From: Massalongia carnosa
Taxonomy: Eukaryota
Assembly: GCA_965645245.1 (NCBI GenBank)
Contig: OZ287074.1
Coordinates: forward strand, 1,116,001-1,180,000
DNA: 64,000 nt
Direction: 5' to 3'
Part shown: piece by piece, positions 1-10,358 of the stretch
How the letters are laid out: every line of letters begins with the position of its first letter
Numbering within the stretch: the first letter of the stretch is position 1
Notes under the pieces: generated by a model
Told to the model about the DNA's origin: nothing
Databases searched by the model: none
Seen by the model: the letters and a program-made list of their open reading frames with translations, nothing else
Made by a program: the position numbers and the translations under genes

Positions 1-246
1 CACGCCTATAAATCCTGATAACTGAGCTGGTCCACCTTCGGACGTCGCCTGCCCTGATTACCATGTTGACTTCGTCATGCTTTCGGCATGCACTTCCGCA
101 ATGCCAGTACCTCATGACTGCACTCGGCACCCTCGGAAGACCAGTTTTTCCAGTTCCGATGTGACCTCAGCTATGGTCAGCTAACTAACTAGCTGTTCAT
201 CTAAAGTCAGCTTGTCAGTTAACATGTGCTTCGTCACTCCGTGACA
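1..246. mobile_element. Possible LTR terminus of an LTR retrotransposon, abutting a Tc1 remnant
   Basis: Non-coding stretch ends in ...CCGTGACA (reverse complement TGTCACGG..., a typical fungal Gypsy LTR end) where Tc1 transposase homology begins; the other end lies outside the window. Confidence 0.3.
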
Positions 247-618
247 TCGTACGCACTTGGAAGGCGAAACATGAGCTATAGCACTATTTTAACTGTTCTT
301 CGTCTCCTGATTTGTCTCCCATTGAGAATAAAACAACATCTTCGTAAATATCCACATTGGGACGATGTGACCACTAAGGAGTTGATTTTGGAGGGATGGA
401 GTCACGTTTCGCAGAAATATATCAACGAAAAGGTGGCTACAATGCCTGATCGTCTTCGAGCACTTATTTCTGGAGAAGGTAAAATGACTGGATATTAAAC
501 GAAGCATCTAAAGTTCAATTGAGTATGTTTTTGATCAAACAATCATCGTGTAAGTGAAGTAAATTTGATGTGGTGAAATGGGGGAGAATTTGTGTATGCG
601 GTTTTTTGTCACCCGCAT
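247..618 (+). mobile_element. Tc1/mariner remnant (3' part of transposase plus right TIR)
   Basis: Translates as [26 protein letters not shown] / KQHLRKYPHWDD...MPDRLRALISGEGKMTGY*, matching the C-terminus of the element at 8843-10150; ends in ttttttgtcacccgcatg, like that element's TIR. Confidence 0.85.
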
Positions 619-839
619 GGGGGGTTATGACTCCTCTCTCTCTCTTTTATTTTACTTACGGCCGCGCGTTCCTGGAGAAGCGCTATGGATATGTGTTCCT
701 ATAATATAATGTACATACCCACTCCTACTTGAACCTGCTATTTCTCTCTGTCGCCGTGAACGATCTACAGGCAATCAAAACGTCGTCTTTCCTTGAGCCG
801 GGAAAGCAACGGTGGTTGCACATCTCCTCGGTATCAAAC

Positions 840-2330
840 ATGGCAACCGTCAGACCATTCGTCACCCTTGACCAGATTTCGCCCATCACCACTCCTCCGC
901 CCTTACTCTGTCGAGACTTCCCAGCCAACAAGTCCGCACCCACACTGCACGAGCTCGACGCGCTATCTTTCGGCGCCCTTTATACCGGCCCATCCACCCA
1001 CGAAACCCATGCCTCTGCAACCCCAGCCAGCCCTCATATCGACTTCGAAAGGAGCCGGTCTCCGACCCCCAGCATCCACGAGGATGCCGCTCCTATCGTC
1101 CAAACCCTTTCTAACCCTTCAATGAATAAATACCGCTTCCTAAGCGCCTGCCTGATGTGCTTCGGCAACGGCCTCAATGACAGCGCGCCCGGCGCCCTCC
1201 TCCCCTCCATGAAATCCCACTACCGCGTTGGCTACGCCGCCGCCTCTACTATCTTCATTCTCAATGCGGTTGGCTTTATCCTCGCCTTCCCCCTCAGCCA
1301 CGCCCTGCTAGCGCGTCTCGGCCGCGCCAAAACTCTCGTGCTGGCCCAATCCTTCATGACGCTCGCCTACGTCCTGCTCGTGTGTGAGCCGCCATTCCCC
1401 CTCGTCGTGTGCTCGTTCTTCTTTGCCGGCTTGGGCATGGCGTTGAATTTGGCGCTCAACAACGTCTTCTGCGCCAACCTCGCCCATGCGTCGCAGACCC
1501 TCGGCGGCTTCCACGGCAGCTACGGCATTGGCGGCACTGTAGGCCCTCTCATCGCCACCGCTTTCGTCTCCCGCCACGGCGGCGGCGCGCACGGTAAAGG
1601 AGGCGGCTGGTCGGCATTCTACTTCGTGCCTCTTGGCATTGCGGTCCTGAATGCAGGAATCGCCTACTTCACCTTCCGTACCTACGAGAATGACAACCCC
1701 CCTTTAGCCATCAACTCGGAAGGCCGCCCGCCCTCGTCGTCCAAAACCCAGCTCTTAGTCTCAGCTCTGCGCAACAGATCTACGCTTCTCCGGGCGCTCT
1801 TTGTCTTCGCGTACCAGGGCGCCGAGGTCTCCATCTCCGGCTAGCTCATCTCCTTCCTCATTGCCTACCGGCACTCCAACCCCGCGCGCGTCGGCTTCGT
1901 GACCGCTGGCTTCTGGGGCGGCATTACGCTCGGCCGCTTCCTGCTCGCACATTCAGCGCACCTGCTTGGCGAGAAACGCGCCGTGGCCGTTCTCACGGCC
2001 GCCGCCGCGGCGCTACAGCTTCTCGTGTGGTGGATCCCCAACATTGTCGGCGAGGCGGTGGCCGTCGTGCTCATGGGGCTGCTACTTGGCCCCATCTACT
2101 CGTGCGCGACGATGGTGATCTCCCAGCTCGTGGACCATAGGTTACAGATGAGCAGTTTGGCAGCGGTGAGCGCGGGGGGGAGTAGCGGGGGGGCGGTGGC
2201 GCCATTCCTCACGGGATTGGTGGCGCAGAGGGCGGGGACGTGGGTTTTGCATCCGATTTGCTTAGGGCTGTTTATGGCGATGGGGGGTTGCTGGGTGGGG
2301 TTGCCAAAGATGGGGAAGAGGCAGGAATGA
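840..2330 (+). pseudogene. Intronless MFS transporter (Bsc6-like fungal family) interrupted by one in-frame TAG at 1842-1844
   Basis: ORFs 729-1844 and 1899-2330 share a frame; many hydrophobic helices with GLNDSAPGALLP, HGSYGIGGTVGP and FWGGITLGR motifs; GAEVSISG*LISFL has the stop where the family has Trp. Confidence 0.8.
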
Positions 2331-3072
2331 AAGAGGGTAGGAAGGGGGAGGGGGAGGTGAAGGTCTCAGGTTTGGGGCCGGTGTCATCTCGTTTGACAAA
2401 GATTACTGCTTCCTTGGTTGTTTCCATGAGATTTGGTCAACAACGTTGCTGGTCGGGGTCCGATCTCGCTCCAGCCTTTCCCCTGGAGGTGTCTCTTGGG
2501 AGTATCGGACAGTTTTCCTACTTTGTATGGAAAGTTTCACGATGCGGCAAATGAGATATGCGTGTATACGGCGGAGAAAAGCAACAAAAATAAACGCCAA
2601 CAAAGGAAACGGGTGGAGAGGTGGGCCATCTTGAACATGTTACGTACTGAAATAGGCCTTTTATTTGGCAAATTGGGATGTTCTTGCAGACTGCCAGGGA
2701 ATAAGCATAGGTTGCAGGTATGTATGTAATACTGCTTGAGGAAACGATTGTAACCGCAAGCCCAGCAACGATTTCTCACACCTCTCTAGGCGAATCTCGA
2801 CGGGTTTTCATCTCCGCCTACCTAGCTAGGTATTTGTATTTCCTCACGAACCATTAATCTACGTCCTTATCGAGTGTATAGGTTTCATGGTCATCATTGT
2901 CATTACCGCTCTCATTACCATATCAGCCCAACGTGAAAAACAGACAAATCAGTACCAGATGAACCCCTGGGACACATCATCCCTCATGTTCGCATACTTC
3001 CATTCTTGGTTGCCAGAAAGCGTGATAAAACACTCCACTTCTGTATTGGCATTCTCCTAACTGTGGGCCTCA

Positions 3073-5570
3073 TCACTCGGTTTTTGTGATCTTTGCCAGG
3101 GCCTCTACATCCTGCGAAGATGTGTTTCGTCTGTACCGGTGAAGAAGACGAGAAGCTTTGGCTTCGCTTACACCTTTCGAGTGGAAAGCGAAAAGCATGG
3201 CGACAGCCGTAATGACGATAGAGATAGGTGTCGCAATCGACCAGAAAACCCCTTGGGAAGCGTTCATTTGTCGGATGTCACTCGTGTTCATGCCTGGAAC
3301 ACTTGGTTAGCAGGGTTTTCTCAGACTTTGCCAAAGCAGCGAGGGTGATTTATTTGCGTTCGGTTACCAAAGTAAGATGTAATGAATGATAGCGGCAAGA
3401 AGATTACGGTGATGGTGGTGAACACCAAAACCGACTCATTTTGCCGATCGGCTTTCTTAGCTAATTTGACTTGCGTTTTCGTTTCTTGGGCCATTTTCTC
3501 TGCCAAAGACGCTTGGTGTCGCGCTGTTTCGACCATTTTCTCTGCCAAAGAGGCCTGGTGCCGCGCTGTTTCGATGTTGCTAAGTTGGAAGAGCTGCAGG
3601 AGGAGTCGCCCTTTAGAAAATATCATTGTTTACACCCAGCATCTACTCACTAAGTCCTGCATTCCTCTAGCTCGCTGCTGAAGCCCTTTGAGAGCGTTCA
3701 GATGCTTTGTCCTTGATTTGATGGCATTATTGATCAGGTGCTGGTGCGACCACGCAATTGACTGCACTGATTGGAACTGACTGAAAATTTGGTTACGGTG
3801 TTGCCAGCCATCCCATTGCTGGATGATGTCAACCTGACTTTGTAACAGATCGAGAAGAATCGTGAGCTCCGCCACAAGATTACTTAAATTCTTCACTAAG
3901 GTTTTGTCTTGGAACGGGTCTCTATGTATTCGAAATTGCTATTGAAGAGTTTAGCCCCATATGTCTCTCATTGGATGCATTACAAGGGTAGTAGGTACAA
4001 GCTTAGCCAAAGCTTCCCGATATATGGTTTCATAGTCCCCCATGCATTGGTCCGCTTCGTTTATGAGGTGCATCAAAGCTTGACCGCAATCTTGAAAGCT
4101 TGAATGCTTGCCGGCCCCGATTGCATCAAAGGGGTCATCATCTTTTCGATTCCGAAATGCGCATATCGTATCTGCACCATTCAGCTGAATGGATCCCGTA
4201 GAAAAGTAGCATGCAACTCTTACTGTACTTTGGAAAAACAATCAACCACATGGGATCTACAACTAATAGGTGGGGCTCGGGACGCGTATCAAAACCCGAT
4301 CTTTCCTGTATAGACGTCTGTTGCTGGTCTAAATCCAGGGTATCAAGATCCCCACAGGTGGACTCAAATAGAGCTCTAGCGCTTTGGATTTTTGCTTGAC
4401 AGGTTTTAGAGCCCGTCGACCCTACTGAGGATCGAATCTCGTCAAGGAAATCAAATTTTCTGGAGTATCTCCATTGGGAGATAACTGGATAGCTAGCGCG
4501 ATTTTGCCCCTGGATCATGGAAATGAGTTTCTCGGTTCTTTTTCGTTTCATGTACTCGTCCAAGACTTCGAATTCAATCACGGGATACATCGCTGTAAGA
4601 ACTTCAAACCCTTCCTCGTTAAAAGAAGGCTGAAAGTGTAGTTTGGTGAACGGAGTAGCGAAGGAGTTGTAGTAGCCATTCCCACACTGAAAATGTTGAA
4701 CTAGTTTATAAGACATTATCTTTACCTGTTCTTCGGGAAGCGGATATAGTTTTTGAAAGATCTGTAGTACTGCGGTTAGATGAAGTTTTTTAGATAAGTT
4801 AGATTGACTACTTCGTCTTGGATAAAAGAGTATCTAGTTTGAGGGAAAAAGACAAGCCGAACGGCATCGGCCGGCCGTTCTGGGAGCATCTTCCGTATAT
4901 CTTCAGACAGCCCATGTTCGAATTCAAGGGATTTGGTGTTTGACGGTACAGCCAATTCTATTAGCGGCAATTGATACTGCGTGAGCTGCCTCCCAAAATC
5001 TTGAATCCGGATTCCATAATGACAGTAATGATCATAGAGCCATCCGTCTACTTGATACGACTTTACAGCGGCCGCACGAATTGTGGATAGATAGATATTA
5101 GAGAGTAGAGAGAATGTAGTTTGTGGATCGTTGACGGATAACGTTGTGTCAGAGATGATTAAAGACCAGTCCAGTCCAAGAAGTGGCGGAATACCGGAAG
5201 TCTGGATAGTGGACCAAGCTTCATTAGACCAAGAGTTAGCGTGATACTATAACGGGAAAAGACGCACATAGTACGTCTGAATCTCTATCAACATACATTG
5301 ATGCTCGTGTTGCTCCCACCGGTAATACTGAGCCTCTAGTCTTGTCTTAATCTCGTGTCGTCTCTGCTGCTCACAATGGGGAAGCTGATGTCGGAGATCA
5401 AGTCGGAAATACGACGCTGCCGTAATGTCCCCCTCATCCTGCTCAGTGTCTTTGATCATGCTATTGAAGAATTTTTCCTGTTCAACTAAACTTCCAAACA
5501 CAGAAAATATGTGGATGAGTGCAGAAAAAAGACACAGCGGCTGACAAACGACGATTCACCATCTAGACAT
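3073..5570 (-). CDS. Multi-exon protein with C-terminal CorA-like Mg2+ transporter module
   Basis: VFTTITVIFLPLSFITSYFG|MNTSDIR..FWSIATPISI: GMN motif split by an intron, two TM helices, upstream coiled-coil exons with GT-AG introns; 5' exons and start are uncertain. Confidence 0.7.
3491..3574. repeat. 2 x 42-bp coding tandem duplication (ETARHQASLAEKM(V/A))
   Basis: ccattttctctgccaaaga...gcgctgtttcga occurs twice in tandem. Confidence 0.9.
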
Positions 5571-5876
5571 AATGAATGAATGGGGCCTGCCAATAGTTGA
5601 TGAAGGCAGCGCACCAAGCCAAACCTGCAATGGCAATCAACATAGCACTATTTATATATCCCACAGAGCCTACAGAGAACTTTCAAAAGGCTCCGCCTTG
5701 TCTTCTTCTTCCAATGACAGGAGCTAGGAGGTGCAATGCATTGCCTTGGGGTTTGTTTAGTGCTTGTTTAAGTAGAATGCGTTAGGCAGATAGGTGATAA
5801 GTCTAAAGATTGGGTGGGGGTAAGTGAAGGCTTACAGAGCACTATCATCCACATCCTGCCTTGCTCTCTTCACCTG

Positions 5877-5913
5877 TTTTGCCCTATTTTGCCCTATTTT
5901 GCCCTATTTTGCC
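5877..5913. repeat. 10-bp tandem repeat (ttttgcccta)n
   Basis: About 3.5 copies directly visible. Confidence 0.85.
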
Positions 5914-6510
5914 TGTATATTTGTCATCTAGATATCCCGTAACTTAATTAGCCTGTTTACAATACCTTACATTTCCTTACGATCATAAATCACATTAGGC
6001 TCATCGCACTTGGACCTCTACCTCAAAGTTTCACAACCCATACATGTTTGCCTGGTCCTCGAGAAACTTCTCGGAATCCGATAACCTACTCGTCGGGCCT
6101 CTAAAATTCATAAAGCCTAACCACCATGCCATCCGGATAGAAAATACCCTATAGCCGAGATTCAAGGGGCAGTAAATGTGGAGTGGCTGATGGTCACCGG
6201 GCGAGAGACACATTCTGCAAGCGTCACTTTTTCTCTCTTTTTTACGTTCAGGGCTCTGGAAAACGTACCCAGCTGGGAGTCTAGCTTGCAGTTTCTGAAC
6301 CCGGGCTCTAGCTGGGTTGTCCGAGTACCTAGTTTCGAGCACTCCTAATCAACCATTGCTGCATCCGATTAAATCACGATTACAGCAGGCAGTTTCCAGC
6401 TTCTTGGACCTGAATATTCAGCGACTATCTGCGCCCTGATAGCTCGAACACCTTACTTCATTCCTGCATCGTCACAGCCTTGTCCAGTGTAACAGAGATT
6501 TCTAATAGTC

Positions 6511-8543
6511 ATGCAAGGCTACGACATACAAGGTGAGATGGAGGAAGGAGGCATTACCTAATTATAGCCGTAATTGAAGAATTTTGTGTTGTTTTAGAGC
6601 CACTCCAATCACCGTCGCATGCTGGCCCAGCGCCTTGCTATGATCGACCCGGATCTGACTCAGAGTCTACCACGTCTCCTACTTTGAGCGTTTCGTCCTC
6701 CGACAACCTCCCAGACCATAGATCGAGCGAGCAAGAAAATGAGTTAAGGCACCTAACCTATTTTAATGGCTTGGGTCTCGTGCTTGGCCTTCAGATTGGT
6801 TCGGGGATCTTTTCCTCTCCGTCCGAGGTCAACAACCACGTACCATCACCTGGAGTAGCTATTATCACATGGCTTTTGGCTGGTATGCTGGTCTGGACGG
6901 GAGCTTGCTCATTCATAGAGCTTGGAAGTATAGTGCCATACAATGGAGGCATTCAAGAATATCTTCGATATTGTTATGGAGATTTCTCTGGCTTTTTGTT
7001 TGCTTGGGTTTGGATACTTATCGCAAAACCCTGTGCCATGGGTATGGTAGCATTGATTATGGCAGAGCACCTCTGCAAGGCAACCGTATCGGACAACGAT
7101 TTGTCTATATGGGCATTGAAAGGTACAGCCCTGGCAGCTGTTTATTTCATTACGCTGCTGAACTGCATTGGTACTCGTTCTGGGCCAAGGGCTGCAAACA
7201 TGTTTCTCATTCTTAAAGTCTCAGGACTCGGCTCTATTGCTGTGGTTGGAATCGTGATTGGTCTGGTAAGACTCAAAAACAGAAGTCAGACTGATCATAA
7301 TCCCAAAGAGCCGTTTGGCTGGTTTGATGATAGTTCACCAGGTATCTCCGATGGATCGAGTTGGCAAAACTGGATTAGTCTTGGCAGCTACACCACTGCG
7401 CTCTTTGCTGCTTTGTTTGCTTATGGAGGATGGGAGAATGTTAGTCCATCTCCGGACTGTTTTGTTATTCAATCGTTACGACCGACCAAACTCTAGCTAA
7501 TAAACTAGCATAGATTAGTTTTGTGGTCGGCGAGATGAAAGATCCGTGGCGTGATTTACCTCGAGTCATCAATAATGCTATGATCATAGTAATAACGTTA
7601 TTTGCGCTGGCAAACATTGCCCTTTATATCGTGCTACCCCGGGAAGTACTGAGTGTTACCAACACTGTCGCAGTGGTCCGTTCCTTCCTCTCGTTTAAGG
7701 CTTTCTAATTTGGCCCTTTCAAGAAGCTCCATAGTAAATTCTAGTTAGCTAATATTCTTTAGGCATTTGGAAAGGAGGTTTTCGGACGATCCGGGGGCCT
7801 AGTTTACTCTTGGATCGTCTCCCTGTCTTGTTTAGGGGCCCTTAATGCCAATGTGTATGCAACGGGTCGTTTGACATTTATAGCAGGTAAAAGGGCTTAT
7901 CTTCCGACATTTTTAAACATTTCAGGGGACTCCACCATTGGGGACGATGCTGGAGATGATGACCAGATCAACAATGTGGGTTTGATAACGCGATACTCCA
8001 ACTATGCTCGCTGCCATAATGTACCAACGTAAACTCAACCGTTGCAGGTTTTGTATAAAAGCTCGCTTGCTGACAGCTCATTTCAGGAATGCAATGTTGT
8101 TTAATGGAGCTATTACAACTTTTTATATTCTCCTTGGGAGTTTTAGAGCACTCCTTACATTCATCGGTAAGTTTTACAATCTCCACCCTTTGTTTTCTCC
8201 ATGCAGAGGATTCGTTTCCTCCCGGCCCCGAGCTCCTTACTAGACCGCTTACGTATTGTTTCATATCATAGGACTAGCTGAGTACATCATTTTCTTCGCA
8301 ACAGTCCTGGGTGTCCTGGTCCTCCGTGCTCGAGACCCTACACCAACAAATAGTCATCGGACTTGGACACTAAATCCAATCACTTTTTGTGTGGTCAGCG
8401 GTGGTTTGATACTCCGTGGAGCAATCACGCAGCCAGTGCAAGGCTTAATCATTCTTATCTTCTTCGGATGCGGCAAGGCTTTGCATAGGTCGAAGATCTG
8501 GCAGAAATTGACGCGTAGGATTCCACCTGTGCCAATCACATAG
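6511..8543 (+). CDS. APC-superfamily amino-acid permease (LAT family)
   Basis: GLVLGLQIGSGIFSSP, FIELGSIVPYNGGIQEYL, ALFAYGGWEN, GEMKDPWRDLPR and CLGALNANVYATGRL motifs; several GT-AG introns; ATG 6511 joins in frame through an intron. Confidence 0.85.
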
Positions 8544-8842
8544 AGACTCATCATGCGGCGAGGATAGCATTCGTGTTGATGAAAGACGGGAAGCTTTCTA
8601 GACGGGGCTTATATGTGCGTCTATGTCTCAAAGAGTAAATATGGTGTGGCTGGTGATATCTAGGCCTTTTCAAAGGATGCTTGCTACGAAGATGCACAGC
8701 GAACGGTAACATGCTTCTGAACTAATCAAAATGCCAACAGAGTTAGACGAACATGCTTTATGTCTGGGTTATTCCCGGGTGATTCCCGGGTGGATAATGG
8801 TTAACCCGGATAGCGTTCCTGTTAGGTCAGCAGGTGGTACAA

Positions 8843-10150
8843 TACGTGGGTGATAAAAAATTTTACTCACAAATTTTGACCCCCACCAAACCATCAAATA
8901 TTGACCCCTATTTGCATCGTGGCACCACACTATTATTATTGCTGCTCCTACTACTATCAATAACCCGTCATCGCACTGTCACCATCTATCACCGCTTGCA
9001 GTCGTTTCGGCATCTCATTCACCTTGCTATTGATGAAATTTTGCGAAATCGTGGCCCACCCCTCATGAATTAGTCCTACCGTGGTGGCCTCATCCCAATG
9101 AAGGAATTTGCGAATATACTGCTTAGGTGGCTGCCAGCAATTTTCAATAGGTGAGAGATCAGGAGACGAAGCACAGTTGAAATAGCCTTTCAGTCCATTT
9201 TCTTCCTTCCATTTGCGTAAGATATTGTTTTTACTAGTGCCGTGCCCTGAATCACCATCTTCTTTCAGACAGAAATCATCTTCTCTGTCAAGTCACGGCT
9301 TGACGACGGGCTTCAAAATCTGATCAATATAGACCCTTTGACTCATCTTTCCATTAGTGTTGCCCGGAACGTCGTATAAACGAATGTCTAACTTGAAATT
9401 GTGGCCCACAGCAGCCCAAGCATGCTTTTTTTTCAAGTCTTTTTCAGTTGATTCGTTCGTTTCTCGAAGACAATCTTGACAGTATCGTTGACTCGGCTTG
9501 CGAATGATGCGAATTTTTCCTTGAGGCTCATAGCTATAATGCACCTCATCGCTGAATCGTACAGAAAATCAGTCTTCATCATCAGGATATCTTTCTTTCA
9601 TAACGATAATCCATTCAAAACGACGTTTAGCCGTCGATTCGCTGACCCAGTCCTTTCTACATGCAATGCATTTATGATAATTCATCGTACCCATAACTCT
9701 CTGAATTGTACGACCACTGCACTCCAGTCTCACCTCGTAGCCCAATTGAACCCACGTTAACCCGCGAGCCTCCATGCCTTCTGTCTCCAAAATACGCTCC
9801 ATCTCTCGTATGTGTCTCGGGGTCATTGAATGACGTTCACGTGTTTCGGGAGTGTCGGCATTGTGTCTAGTACGACTGGAATTTTCTCTTGTCAACATTT
9901 TTCAGTCAATTTGTTTTGAAGTGCCGAAAACACGAAAAACATCTTCTTTGAAATAAGAAATCTTCATCGCATCGCAAAACTCCACTGCACCCTGAATTTT
10001 GGCCCGTGTGGGGGTAGGATGATGGGTCTGAGCCTCATGCGACTTCAAAACAGGTGTGGTAGCTCTATTCATGGCTAAATGATGGTGTATAAAATGTGGT
10101 AGTTGAAAAGGGGTCAAAATTTGAGAGTAAAATTTTTTGTCACCCGCGTG
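8843..10150 (-). mobile_element. Full-length Tc1/mariner DNA transposon with ~41-bp TIRs; DD37E transposase (10072-8957) inactivated by three TGA codons
   Basis: TIRs at 8843-8883 and 10110-10150 with 4 mismatches; one continuous frame with FSDEVH, EDGDSGH and SPDLSPIEN; stops at 9902, 9569 and 9293. Confidence 0.93.
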
Positions 10151-10358
10151 GGTGGCAACCAGCATATAGGCGAGCTTACTCGCAGTCCTGAATGATCACA
10201 ACCAGAATTCTGATATTACCATTACACAAAGGATTTAGAATGATTTGTAGGAGTTGTTAATACTCCAAATAAATTCGAGTCCATTGCATGGGTTTGTCTC
10301 TATGAAACTCAGTGCATTGCTTAATGGTACGGTTTAATAAGTGGTCCCGCTGTTAATC

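Noticed and set aside
6031..6342. 103-aa ORF with a CxxC...H...C pattern
   Set aside because: Non-ATG start and no recognisable family; the motif could be chance
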